A stretch of 64,000 nt of DNA from Hyphomicrobiales bacterium (GCA_046349255.1 JAXMCR010000002.1:797518-861517); one strand, 5' to 3'; shown: positions 36,706 to 46,046, counted from the first letter of the stretch. Notes: generated from the letters alone by a model not told the origin. Translations and numbers: made by a program.

Positions 36706-37865
36706 CCCCCGAGCGGGCGGAGCAGGGAGCGGGAGATGATGTGGCGCTGGATTTCGCTCGTGCCTTCCCAGATCCGTTCGACGCGCGCGTCGCGCCAGAT
36801 GCGCTCGAGCGGCAGGTCGTCCATCAGGCCCATGCCGCCATGAATCTGGATCGCCTCGTCGGCGATCATCGCGAGCGTCTCGGTCGCCTTAAGCTTCGCC
36901 ATCGCCATGTCCATGTCGGTCACGGTCTTGGCGTCGAACTTCCACGCGGCTTCCAGCGTGAGGAGTTCGGCGGCCTTCAGTTCCGTCGCCATGTCGGCGA
37001 GCTTGAACGACACGCCCTGGAACTTGCCGATCTGCTGGCCGAACTGCGAGCGGTCCACGGCCCATTGCAGCGCGTGGCCGAGCGCCCGCTCGGCGCGGCC
37101 GAGGCAGGTGGCGGCGACCTGGAGGCGCGTCGCGCCCAGCCAGTCGTTCGCCACCTCGAATCCCTTGTGCACCTCGCCCAGCACCTGCGTCTTCGGCACG
37201 CGGCAGTCGTTGAACTCGAGGATCATGTTCTTGTAACCGCGGTGCGACACGTTGCGATACCCCTCGCGCACCGTGAACCCTGACGTCCCCTTGTCGATGA
37301 GGAACGCGGTGATGAGCTTCTTCCTGCCCTTCGGCGTGTCTTCCTCGCCCGAGGCCGCGAACAGGATCACGAAGTCGGCCACGTCGGCGTGCGAGATGAA
37401 GTGCTTTACGCCGTTGATGACGAAGTCATTCCCATCCTGCACAGCCGAGGTCTTCATGCCGCGCACGTCCGACCCTGCACCGGGTTCCGTCATTGCGAGG
37501 CAGTCGGATTTCTCGCCGCGCACCGCGGGGAGGAGATAGCGCTCGCGCTGCTCGCCGACGCACGCCATTAGGATGTTCGAGGGGCGCGCCACGCAGTTCC
37601 AGTGCAGCGCGTAGTTCGCCTTGCCGAGCTCCTTCTCGTAGAGCACCCAGGTGACCGTATCGAGCCCCGCGCCCCCCGCCTCGGCCGGCATGTTGGCGGC
37701 GTAGAGCCCCGCCTCGATGGCCTTCTCCTTCAACGCCTCGCGGAGATCCTCGCGCAGCTCGCCGGTGCGCTCCACCTCCATCTCGTGCGGGTAGAGTTCG
37801 TTCTCGACGAACGCGCGCGTCGTCTCGACGATCATGCGCTGCTCTTCGGTCATCGCGAAGTTCAT
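36702..37865 (-). CDS. Acyl-CoA dehydrogenase
   Basis: ATG 37865 (MNFAMTEEQRMIVE) inside read-through ORF 36702..38687, with GGAG 8 nt upstream. AMTEPGAGSD, and the C-terminal GG.G...D.PLERIWRDARV..I.EGTSEIQ. Confidence 0.9.
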   Translation of the reverse strand: MNFAMTEEQRMIVETTRAFVENELYPHEMEVERTGELREDLREALKEKAIEAGLYAANMPAEAGGAGLDTVTWVLYEKELGKANYALHWNCVARPSNILMACVGEQRERYLLPAVRGEKSDCLAMTEPGAGSDVRGMKTSAVQDGNDFVINGVKHFISHADVADFVILFAASGEEDTPKGRKKLITAFLIDKGTSGFTVREGYRNVSHRGYKNMILEFNDCRVPKTQVLGEVHKGFEVANDWLGATRLQVAATCLGRAERALGHALQWAVDRSQFGQQIGKFQGVSFKLADMATELKAAELLTLEAAWKFDAKTVTDMDMAMAKLKATETLAMIADEAIQIHGGMGLMDDLPLERIWRDARVERIWEGTSEIQRHIISRSLLRPLGG

Positions 37866-37894
37866 GGAATATACTCCGTGTACGGAACGCCCTC

Positions 37895-38665
37895 TCAGGG
37901 CGAATGAAAGGTCTCGGTATGGCCGTCGACGGCGATCGCCTGGCCGGATACCATCGCCGCGGCGGGCGACGACAGGAACAGGACCATGTCGGCGATCTCT
38001 TCCGGCGCCACGAACCGCTTCATCGAAACACCGGAGGTGTACTCCTCGCGCAGCGACGCCTCGGTGCGCCCGGTGCTCTTCGATTCCGCTGCGATCACCC
38101 GGTCCATGCGGTCGCCCGACACCGAGCCGGGGCAGATCGCGTTGACGCGGATGTTCCAGCGCCCGACCTCGGCGGCGAGCGATTTCGTGTAGCCGATGAC
38201 TGCCCACTTCGCCGCCGCGTAGGGCGTGCGGAACGGGTAGCCGAAGAGGCCCGCCGTGGACGAGAGGTTGATGATCGAGCCGGACTTCTGCTGCTTCATC
38301 ACCGGCACGGCGCGGCGCGCGGTGAAGAACTGTGAGTCGAGATCGACGGCAAGGCACTGCCGCCAGCCCTCGACGCTCATGTCCTCGACCGCCGCCGTCG
38401 GCCCCGCGATGCCGGCGTTGTTCACCAGCACGTCGAGCCCGCCCAGATCCTTCAGCGCCGCCTCGAACCAGCGGTCGACCGCGTCGGGATCGGCGACGTT
38501 CACGTTCGCCCCCTTCAGCCCGGGGTTCGCCTTCGCAGCCGCCGCCAACGCATCGCCGCTGACGTCGCACACGTGGACGCGGTGGCCCGCGGCGAGGAAC
38601 GCCTTGGCGATGGCAAGCCCGATGCCGGAGGCGCCCGCCGTGATCATCACCCGCAGCGCGGTCAT
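37895..38665 (-). CDS. SDR-family oxidoreductase
   Basis: 256-aa ORF. TAGASGIGLAIAKAF (TGxxxGxG), NNAG, and catalytic YAAAKWAV (YxxxK). Confidence 0.88.
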   Translation of the reverse strand: MTALRVMITAGASGIGLAIAKAFLAAGHRVHVCDVSGDALAAAAKANPGLKGANVNVADPDAVDRWFEAALKDLGGLDVLVNNAGIAGPTAAVEDMSVEGWRQCLAVDLDSQFFTARRAVPVMKQQKSGSIINLSSTAGLFGYPFRTPYAAAKWAVIGYTKSLAAEVGRWNIRVNAICPGSVSGDRMDRVIAAESKSTGRTEASLREEYTSGVSMKRFVAPEEIADMVLFLSSPAAAMVSGQAIAVDGHTETFHSP

Positions 38666-40311
38666 CAGCGGCGCCCCTTCTTCGCAACCTTGCGGGCCGG
38701 CACGCGCTTGGCGGGCTTGCGCGTCGCCGCGCGCTTCACGGTGCGCGCGTTTGCCTTGGTCGCCTTGGGCTTCACCGCCTTCTTCGCCGGCTTGCGCGCC
38801 GGCTTCTTCGCGGCTTTCTTCGCCGCCTTCTTCGTCGTGGCCGCCGACTTCACGGCCATCACGCGGCCGGCTTCCGCGGGCTTCGTCAGCGCCTTGTGGG
38901 ACGCCCAGACCGCAGCGAGCGCTTCAGCGACCTTCGGCGTGATACGCGACGCCTTCAGCGCCTTCGTGTCGACGTGCAGCAGCATCTGCTCGCCCGTCGC
39001 TGCAAGCTCCTTGCCCACGTAGAGGCGCTGGAAGAGGTGCATGCGCTTGTCGTCGACGCCGAGCAGCTGCGTCTCCACGCGCACCGTCTCGCCCGCCTTG
39101 ATCTCGCGCTGGAACGTCAGGTGCGTGTCGACGGTGTAGAACGAGGATCCGCCGGCGCGGTAGTCCTCGTCCACGCCGATGAAGCGGAAGAAGCGGTCCA
39201 TGCCCTCGCCGAACGCGGTGAGGTAGGCGGCCTCCGTCATGTGGCCGTTGTAGTCGAGCCATGAAGGCGGCACGATCGCCTCCCAGAGCGACAGCGGCGC
39301 CTCGACCTTCGCGCCCTGTCTCCAGCGGCGCGCCTCGGCGAGCATCTTCGCCTCCTCGCGCGCCAGCACCTGGCCCGCACCGACGTTGTGCTGGCGGAAC
39401 AGCCGCATCATGTCGACGAGCACGTCGTTGCGCCTGGCCTCGAGCTGCGCCACCGTCAGGCCGCCGGCCTGCGCCTCGCAGCCCTCCACGAGCCGCTTCT
39501 CCAGTGCCTCGTTCCACTTCGGGAAGGAAAGATCCGTCCACGGCAGCTCGAGCGTCGGGTCGAACTGCTTGATGAAGTCGCGCATGCCGCCGGGGCCGCC
39601 GGCGAGATGGTAGGTGAGGAACGAGCCCATGAAGGCCCAGCGCATGCCGGCCGAGTAGACGATCGCGTCGTCGATGTCGCCGGTGGTCCCCACGTCCTTG
39701 TTGAGGCAGTGCAGCGCCTCGCGCCACAGCGCCTCCTGCAGGCGGTCGCAGATGTAGCCGTCGATCTCGCGCTTGAGGCGCAGCACGTGCATGCCGATCG
39801 CCTCGTAGAAGCGCCCTGCGCGATCCATCGCTTCGGACGACGTCTTCTCGCCCGGCACCGTCTCGACGAGCGGCAGGAGGTACACCGGATTGAAGGGGTG
39901 GCCGATGATGACGCGCTCGGGGTGCGGGCACGCCGACTGGAGCCTCGACGGCAGGAAGCCCGACGAGGAGGACGCGATGATCACGTCGGGCCGCGTGTTC
40001 TCGCCGATCTCGCGGAACAGGCGGATCTTCAGCTCCTCGCGCTCGGGTGCTGCCTCCTGCACGAAGTCCGACGCCTTCGCCATCTCGGCGAGGTTCGTGG
40101 TGAAGGAGAGCTTGCCCTTCCTCACCTTCGAAACGCCGAGGAGGCGCAGCATCGAGGGCCACGCAACGTCGATCGCGGCGCGCAGCTTCTTCTCCGCTTC
40201 CGGGAACGGATCGTAGGCGATCACGTCGTAGCCGCGCACCAGAAGGCGCGCTGCCCAGCCTGCGCCGATGAGCCCGGTGCCGGCGATGCCGACCGTCCTG
40301 ATCTCAGCCAT
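38665..40311 (-). CDS. cdhA: L-carnitine dehydrogenase fused to a thioesterase domain (CdhA plus CdhB-like), with a 64-aa Lys/Ala/Pro-rich basic C-terminal tail
   Basis: ATG 40311 (MAEIRTVGIAGTGLIGAGWA, a 3-hydroxyacyl-CoA-dehydrogenase Rossmann start) inside ORF 38665..40707. Hot-dog/thioesterase-like part from about WLDYNGHMTEAAYL. The tail KKAAKKAAKKPARKPAKK... is in frame with no stop codon. Confidence 0.82.
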   Translation of the reverse strand: MAEIRTVGIAGTGLIGAGWAARLLVRGYDVIAYDPFPEAEKKLRAAIDVAWPSMLRLLGVSKVRKGKLSFTTNLAEMAKASDFVQEAAPEREELKIRLFREIGENTRPDVIIASSSSGFLPSRLQSACPHPERVIIGHPFNPVYLLPLVETVPGEKTSSEAMDRAGRFYEAIGMHVLRLKREIDGYICDRLQEALWREALHCLNKDVGTTGDIDDAIVYSAGMRWAFMGSFLTYHLAGGPGGMRDFIKQFDPTLELPWTDLSFPKWNEALEKRLVEGCEAQAGGLTVAQLEARRNDVLVDMMRLFRQHNVGAGQVLAREEAKMLAEARRWRQGAKVEAPLSLWEAIVPPSWLDYNGHMTEAAYLTAFGEGMDRFFRFIGVDEDYRAGGSSFYTVDTHLTFQREIKAGETVRVETQLLGVDDKRMHLFQRLYVGKELAATGEQMLLHVDTKALKASRITPKVAEALAAVWASHKALTKPAEAGRVMAVKSAATTKKAAKKAAKKPARKPAKKAVKPKATKANARTVKRAATRKPAKRVPARKVAKKGRR

Positions 40312-40337
40312 CCTCGTCGCCTCCCCTTGCGCGCGCT

Positions 40338-41225
40338 TCAGTGCTTCTTCAGCTTCAGGATCTCGCGCGCGTCGGCGGGCGAGGCGACCTTGGTGCCGAG
40401 GAGCTCGATGATCTTCACCGCGCGGTCGACGAGCGAGCCGTTCGAGGCGTAGACGCCCTTCTCTAGCCAGAGATTGTCTTCGAGCCCGACGCGCACGTGG
40501 CCGCCCAGCACCACGGCCTGCGCCACCATCGGCATCTGGTTCCGGCCGATGCCGAACGCCGCCCAGATCGCGTTCTTCGGGAGCTCGCCCACCTGGTAGG
40601 CCATCGTCTGCGTGTTGCCCGGTGCACCCCACGGAATGCCGAGGCAGAGCTGGAACAGCGGCGGATCGTCGATCAGGCCTTCCGCGTGGAGCTGCTTGGC
40701 AAACCACAGGTTCCCGGAATCGAAGATCTCCATCTCGGGCTTCACGCCGTAGGACTGGATCAGCTTCGCCTGCTCGCGCAGCTGCGTCGGCGTCTGCACC
40801 ACGATGCCGTTGCCGTCACCGAAGTTGAGCGTGCCACAGTCGAGCGTGCAGATCTCCGGGCGCAATTCCGCAACATGCAGGAGGCGCTCCACTGGGCCGA
40901 CGAGGTCGGTGCCGCCGCCGAACGTCATCGGCTTGTCGCCCTGGCCGATCTCGAGGTCGCCGCCCATGCCGGCGGTGAGGTTGATGATCACGTCGGTGTT
41001 CTTCGCCCGGATCCGCTCCATCACCTCACGGTAGAGGTGGACGCCGCGGGCACCCTTGCCGGTCTTCGGGTCGCGCACGTGGCAATGCACCACCGCCGCG
41101 CCTGCGGATGCCGCCTCGAGGGCCGAGTTGGCGATCTGCTCGGGCGTCACCGGGATCGCCGGATGCTTGCCGACGGTGTCGCCGGCGCCGGTGACGGCAC
41201 AGGTGATGATCACTTTGGGGTTCAT
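40338..41225 (-). CDS. cdhC: Beta-keto acid cleavage enzyme (BKACE/DUF849), dehydrocarnitine cleavage enzyme-like
   Basis: ATG 41225 ([17 protein letters not shown]) within ORF 40338..41303. TIM-barrel BKACE motifs HCHVRDP.TG and [10 protein letters not shown]. It lies next to cdhA and the divergent cdhR. Confidence 0.85.
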   Translation of the reverse strand: MNPKVIITCAVTGAGDTVGKHPAIPVTPEQIANSALEAASAGAAVVHCHVRDPKTGKGARGVHLYREVMERIRAKNTDVIINLTAGMGGDLEIGQGDKPMTFGGGTDLVGPVERLLHVAELRPEICTLDCGTLNFGDGNGIVVQTPTQLREQAKLIQSYGVKPEMEIFDSGNLWFAKQLHAEGLIDDPPLFQLCLGIPWGAPGNTQTMAYQVGELPKNAIWAAFGIGRNQMPMVAQAVVLGGHVRVGLEDNLWLEKGVYASNGSLVDRAVKIIELLGTKVASPADAREILKLKKH

Positions 41226-41329
41226 GTGGGTCCTCTCCGGGGCGGGTATCTTCGCCGCGCAGTGTAGGCGCGCTGCCCGCACCGATTTGACTTTTCTAGC
41301 CATTCGTTTGCCGGTATCGGTCAGAGATC

Positions 41330-42289
41330 ATGCTCGAACCCCGGCAAGCCGTCTTCTTCCTTTTGCCCCGCTTCTCGATGATCGCGCTCTATTCGGCGCT
41401 CGAGCCGTTGCGCGTGGCGAACCGGTTCCGCCCGGGCGCCTTCGCCTGGCGGTTCGTGTCCGTGGACGGCCAGGCGGTCACCGCCTCGAACGGCATCCCC
41501 GTGTCGGTCGAGGGCACGCTCGCCGGCCTTGCCCAGGCCGACCTCCTCGTCGTCTCGGCAAGCTACGACCACGAGCAGGGCATGACGAGTGAGACCTTCA
41601 ACGAGCTGCGCCGCCTCGCCCGCACCGGCGCGCTGCTCGGCGCGACCGACACCGGCGCCTTCCTGCTCGCCGGGGCAGGCGTGCTCGAAGGGTATCGCGC
41701 AACCTGCCACTGGGAGTCGCTGCCGGCGTTCCGCGAGACGTTTCCCTCCGTCATCGCCGAAGACGCACGCTACGTGATCGACCGCGGGCGGATGACCGCC
41801 TCGGGCGGCGCGAGCGCGCTCGACATGATGATCGAGTGGCTCGCCGCGATCGAGGGCGAGGCGCTTGCCGCCAGCGTCGCGGAATCGCTCGTGCACGACC
41901 GCCACCCGGGCGCCACCGGCGAAGGCCGCACGCCGCTGTCGCGCCGCTACGCCGGCGCCGACCCGCGGCTGCTCGCGGCGATCGCGACCATGGAAGCGGC
42001 GCTCGAGGACCCGCTGCCGATCAGCCTCATCGCCGGCCGCGCGGGCCTGTCGCAGCGCCAGCTCGACCGTCTGTTCCGCGTCCGCTTCGGCGCAGGGCCG
42101 AGGGACTTCTACCTCCGTCTCAGGCTCGAGCGCGCCGAGCGCCTCCTCCACTACTCGAAGCTCTCGGTGCGCGAGGTCGCTGTCGCCTCGGGCTTCGGCT
42201 CCCTCGCGCAGTTCTCGCGCACCTACAAGGCGCGCTTCGGCCTGCCGCCGTCCCGCCAGCGCACGCGCCCGGTGCCCTCCGGCGGTTGA
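41330..42289 (+). CDS. cdhR: GlxA-family (DJ-1/PfpI-like domain plus AraC HTH) transcriptional regulator, CdhR-like
   Basis: 319-aa ORF. N-terminal GATase1-like part (FLLPRFSMIALYSALEPLRVAN), C-terminal AraC HTH (GFGSLAQFSRTYKARFG.PPS). Divergent from cdhC, as in the Pseudomonas aeruginosa cdhR/cdhCAB arrangement. Confidence 0.82.
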   Translation: MLEPRQAVFFLLPRFSMIALYSALEPLRVANRFRPGAFAWRFVSVDGQAVTASNGIPVSVEGTLAGLAQADLLVVSASYDHEQGMTSETFNELRRLARTGALLGATDTGAFLLAGAGVLEGYRATCHWESLPAFRETFPSVIAEDARYVIDRGRMTASGGASALDMMIEWLAAIEGEALAASVAESLVHDRHPGATGEGRTPLSRRYAGADPRLLAAIATMEAALEDPLPISLIAGRAGLSQRQLDRLFRVRFGAGPRDFYLRLRLERAERLLHYSKLSVREVAVASGFGSLAQFSRTYKARFGLPPSRQRTRPVPSGG

Positions 42290-42373
42290 GCGGCGGATGG
42301 CTAGGCGCGCGCCGCGTTCGCCGCCATACTCCGCAAATCACCTCCGCACACGGACCGAGACGAGGATCGCCCC

Positions 42374-43543
42374 ATGCCCTTCTTCACGAGCCACGACGGC
42401 ACGCGCCTGTTCTACCGCGTCGAGGGGCCGGAAGATCGTCCCGCCCTCATCTTCTCGAACTCGCTCGCCTGCGATCACGGCATGTGGCAGGAGCAGGCGA
42501 ACGCGCTGCGCCGGATGTATCGCATCGTGCGCTACGACCAGCGCGGCCATGGCGCGTCCGACTGCGCCAAGGGCGGCAGCGTGACGATCGAGGATCTCGG
42601 CCGGGACGTGCTGACGCTCGCCGACGTGCTGCGGATCCCGACGTTCTCCTTCTGCGGCATCTCGATGGGCGGCGCGACGGGCCAGTGGCTCGGCGCCAAC
42701 GCCAATGACCGGCTGGAGAAGCTCGTCCTCGCCAACACGGCGTCCGTGTTCGGCACGCCGGAGATGTGGAACGAGCGCATCGCCGCGATCGAGGCGAACG
42801 GCATGGCGGCGATCGCCGACGCCTCGATCGACCGCTTCTTCTCGCCGCCCTTCCGGGAGTCCGATCCCGTCGCCGTCGGCGCGATACGCGCGATGATCGA
42901 GGGCACCGATCCGCGCGGCTACGCAGCCATGGGCCGCATGATGGCGACGCTCGACCTGCGCCCGCTGCTCAAGCGCATCGCCGCGCCGACGCTCGTCATT
43001 TCCGGCAGCGACGATCCCTCGACGCCGCCAGAGCGCGGCCAGTTCATCGCCGGCGAGATCGCCGACGCCCGCCACGTGATGCTCTCCTGCCGGCACCTGT
43101 CGAACGTCGAGCGCGCAGAGGATTTCAACCTGCTCCTCACCGAGTTCCTGTCCGGCAACCGGCTGCCGGCCGACGCGCGCTATCTCGCGGGCACTGCCCG
43201 CCGCCGCGCCGCGCTCGGCGATGCCTGGGTCGACAAGTCGATCGCCAACCGCACCGACTTCAACGACGACTTCCAGGACCTCATTACCCGCTACTGCTGG
43301 GGCGAGGTGTGGACGCGCCCCGGCCTCGACGAGCAGACGCGGCGCATCATCGTCATCGTCACGTGCGCGTCCCTGTCGCGCTGGGAGGAGTTCGATCTCC
43401 ATTTCGGGGCCGCGCTCAGGGCAGGCGTGCCGGCGGCGACCCTGAAGGAGGTGCTGATCCAGATCGCCATCTACGCCGGCGTCCCCGCCGCCAACACCGC
43501 CTTCTCCCACGCCTCCGCGCTCATCAAGACGCACCGGATGTAG
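42374..43543 (+). CDS. Fusion of 3-oxoadipate enol-lactonase-like alpha/beta hydrolase with 4-carboxymuconolactone decarboxylase (PcaL-like)
   Basis: 389-aa ORF. N-terminal half SNSLACDHGMWQ...VRYDQRGHGASD. C-terminal half ITRYCWGEVWTRPGLDEQTRRIIV...EVLIQIAIYAGVPAA (CMD family). Confidence 0.85.
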   Translation: MPFFTSHDGTRLFYRVEGPEDRPALIFSNSLACDHGMWQEQANALRRMYRIVRYDQRGHGASDCAKGGSVTIEDLGRDVLTLADVLRIPTFSFCGISMGGATGQWLGANANDRLEKLVLANTASVFGTPEMWNERIAAIEANGMAAIADASIDRFFSPPFRESDPVAVGAIRAMIEGTDPRGYAAMGRMMATLDLRPLLKRIAAPTLVISGSDDPSTPPERGQFIAGEIADARHVMLSCRHLSNVERAEDFNLLLTEFLSGNRLPADARYLAGTARRRAALGDAWVDKSIANRTDFNDDFQDLITRYCWGEVWTRPGLDEQTRRIIVIVTCASLSRWEEFDLHFGAALRAGVPAATLKEVLIQIAIYAGVPAANTAFSHASALIKTHRM

Positions 43544-43566
43544 GAGGACGACCGTGCTCTCCCCTT

Positions 43567-44267
43567 GTCATGGTCGGCCTTGACCCGACCATCCACTCTT
43601 CGATCGCCGTCGCATGGATCCTCGGGTCAAGCCCGAGGATGACAAAGAGTGGAGCGCGGAATGATTGGTAGCGTCGCACCCATCGCCACCCCATCCGTCA
43701 TCACCGGTCTTGAGCCGGTGACCCTCTTTCCACGCGACGCCAAGAGGCTGGCCGGGTTAGGCCCGGACATGACGGGAGAGCCGTGGGGAGCGCAGCAGGG
43801 AACGAATGGCCACGCTCTCCTTTGTCATGGTCGGGCTTGACCCGACCATCCACTCTTCGGCGAGCGTCGCATGGATCCTCGGGTCAAGCCCGAGGACGAC
43901 AAAGAGCGGAGCGGATTGATTGGCAGCGTTGCACCCATCACCACCCCATCCGTCATCACCGGCCTTGAGCCGGTGATCCTCTTTCCACGCGTAGCAAAAG
44001 GATGGCCGGGTCAGGCCCGGCCATGACGAGAGCGAAGGGCCCACGAAGGACGAGGGGCGGCCGGGCCAAGTACGAGGATGACAAGGGGAGGAGCGCGGAG
44101 TGATTGGTAGCGTCGCACCCATTACCCACCCCTCTCGTCATCATCGGCCTTGAGCCGGTGATCCTTTTTCCACGCGTCGCAAAAGGATGGCCGGGTCAGG
44201 CCCGGCCATGACGAAAAGGGAAGGACCTACAAAGGACTGCGGCCGCCGGGTCAGGCCCGGCCATGAC
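43567..44267. repeat. REP/BIME-like mosaic cluster: 257-bp composite unit about 2.7 times, in inverted orientation relative to the 12.7-kb cluster
   Basis: Units start at 43567 and 43824 (GTCATGGTCGG(C/G)CTTGACCCGACCATCC). Each contains GCATGGATCCTCGGGTCAAGCCCGAGGA(T/C)GAC and GTCATCACCGG(T/C)CTTGAGCCGGTGA(C/T)CC...GGCCGGGT(T/C)AGGCCCGG(A/C)CATGAC. A partial third unit plus an extra hairpin ends at 44267. Confidence 0.9.
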
Positions 44268-44281
44268 GGAGAGGGTGGAGC

Positions 44282-45088
44282 CTACTTCCCGCCGCCTTCG
44301 GTGTGTTCGCCTTCGCGGGTGAGGTAGTAGGCGGCGAGGATCGGGAACAGGGTCACGGCGATCACGATGATCGCGACCACGTTGGTCACCGGGCGCTGGC
44401 GCGGGCGGATCAGTTCGTTCAGCATCCAGATCGGCAGCGTCGACTGCTGGCCGGCGGTGAACGTCGTCACGATGACCTCGTCGAACGACAGCGCGAAGGC
44501 GAGCATGCCGCCGGCGAGCAGCGCCGAGCCGATCTGCGGCAGGATCACGTACCGGAACGTCTGGAACCCGTTGGCGCCCAGGTCCATCGAGGCCTCGACC
44601 ATGCTGCCCGACAGCCGCCTGAGCCGCGCCAGCGCGTTGTTGTAGACGACGACGATGCAGAACGTCGCGTGCCCGAGGATGATCGTCCACGTCGAGAACG
44701 GAATGCCGCCGAGGTCGAACGCCGAGCGCAGCGCGATGCCGGTCACGATGCCCGGCAGCGCGATCGGCAGGATGAACAGGAGCGAGATGTAGTCCTTGCC
44801 GAAGAATCTTGCGCGCGACAGCGCCATCGCGGCGAGCGTGCCGAGGATCAGCGCGAGGATCGTCGCCGCGAACGCCACCTTCAGCGACAGCCACAGCGGC
44901 GGCCAGATGTCCGGCCGGTCGTTCCACACCACCGAGAACCACTTCAGCGTCAGGCCCGGCGGCGGAAACTGAAAGCTCTTCTCCTCGGTGGTGAAGGCAT
45001 AGAGGATGATGAGCGCGAGCGGCAGGTGCAGGAACAGGAGCCCCGCCACCGCCGACAGCTTCAGCCCGATCCCCGCCTCAGAGCGCAT
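44282..45088 (-). CDS. ABC transporter permease (PotC-like)
   Basis: 268-aa ORF with six hydrophobic segments and an EAA-like loop ([20 protein letters not shown]). Confidence 0.88.
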   Translation of the reverse strand: MRSEAGIGLKLSAVAGLLFLHLPLALIILYAFTTEEKSFQFPPPGLTLKWFSVVWNDRPDIWPPLWLSLKVAFAATILALILGTLAAMALSRARFFGKDYISLLFILPIALPGIVTGIALRSAFDLGGIPFSTWTIILGHATFCIVVVYNNALARLRRLSGSMVEASMDLGANGFQTFRYVILPQIGSALLAGGMLAFALSFDEVIVTTFTAGQQSTLPIWMLNELIRPRQRPVTNVVAIIVIAVTLFPILAAYYLTREGEHTEGGGK

Positions 45089-46046
45089 CGAACGCTCCCA
45101 GTCGCCTCGCCATCGCGAGGTACACGATCATGATCGCCACCGGCACGACGGTGAAGGCCGCGGCGAGCGGAATGTTTCCGGCCGTGCCCTGGAGCGTATA
45201 GACCGCCTGCCCGATGAACAGGCGCGAGTTCCCGACGATCTGCGGCACGATGTAGTCGCCGAGCGTGAGCGAGAACGTGAAGATCGAGCCCGCGACGATC
45301 CCGGGCATCGCCAGCGGGAAGATCACGGTGCGAAAGGTCTGTCCGGGATCGGCGCCGAGGTCGGCGGAGGCCTCGATCAGGCTCTTCGGCACGCGCTCGA
45401 GAGAGGCCTGAACCGGCAGGATCATGTACGGCAGCCAGATGTAGACGAACACGAGGAAGGTGCCGATGTAGCTGAACGACAGCGACGGGCCGCCGATCGT
45501 CGGCAGCGCGAGGATGCCGTCCAGCACCCACGTGAGATGCAGCCGCTCGGCGATCCACGTGACGATGCCTTCCTTGGACAGGATCAGCTTCCACGCGTAG
45601 ACCTTCACGAGGTAGCTCGACCACAACGGCATCATCACCGCGAGGTAGAACAGCGCGCGCGTCGAACCGCGGGCGTAGCGCGCGGCGTAATAGGCGATCG
45701 GGAACGCGATGATCGCCGCCATCACCGTGACGAGCGCCGCCATCGTCACCGTGCGCGCGATGATTTCGAGGTTCGCCTGCTCAAGGAGCTGCGCGTACGT
45801 CGAGAGCGTGAACTCGTGGACGATCAGTCCGGAGAAGTCGTCGAGCGAATAGAAGCTCTGGAGGAGCAGCGCGAACAGCGAGCCGATGTAGACGACGCCG
45901 ATCCACAAGAGCGGCGGCAACAGCAGGAGCAGCGTCAGGAGGCTCGGGCGGCGGAAGAAATAATCGGAGATCGATCCCGCGGGTCCCCCGCCCCCGTCGC
46001 CGCTGTCCTTGAGATCGCGTACGCCCTCGGCGGTCGCGGCGGTCAT
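45078..46046 (-). CDS. ABC transporter permease (PotB-like)
   Basis: ATG 46046 shares one base with the ATPase stop codon, within ORF 45078..46301. EAA loop [20 protein letters not shown]. Confidence 0.88.
   Translation of the reverse strand: MTAATAEGVRDLKDSGDGGGGPAGSISDYFFRRPSLLTLLLLLPPLLWIGVVYIGSLFALLLQSFYSLDDFSGLIVHEFTLSTYAQLLEQANLEIIARTVTMAALVTVMAAIIAFPIAYYAARYARGSTRALFYLAVMMPLWSSYLVKVYAWKLILSKEGIVTWIAERLHLTWVLDGILALPTIGGPSLSFSYIGTFLVFVYIWLPYMILPVQASLERVPKSLIEASADLGADPGQTFRTVIFPLAMPGIVAGSIFTFSLTLGDYIVPQIVGNSRLFIGQAVYTLQGTAGNIPLAAAFTVVPVAIMIVYLAMARRLGAFDAL

Noticed and set aside
37875-37886. TCCGTGTACGGA upstream of the acyl-CoA dehydrogenase gene as a third copy of the dnaA-spacer palindrome (shared regulator).
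   Set aside because: It differs in the central bases and sits in a 29-nt intercistronic gap, where its CGGA arm is simply part of the GGAG ribosome-binding site. Half-site TCCGTA is expected about 20 times by chance in this window.
36702-38687. Over-long ORF-track entries suggesting fusions or N-terminal extensions: 36702..38687, 38665..40707, 29936..31213, 13937..15253, 17513..20092, 21267..22472, 22505..24094, 45078..46301, 47141..48349.
   Set aside because: In each case the upstream part overlaps a neighbouring gene, lacks family-typical sequence, or both. An internal ATG/GTG with a Shine-Dalgarno and a canonical family N-terminus gives the expected protein length.
38668-38859. The Lys-rich tail as an independent small histone-like gene.
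   Set aside because: It is in the same frame as the carnitine dehydrogenase-thioesterase ORF with no intervening stop codon. As sequenced it is therefore a fusion. A sequencing error cannot be excluded (see the finding).
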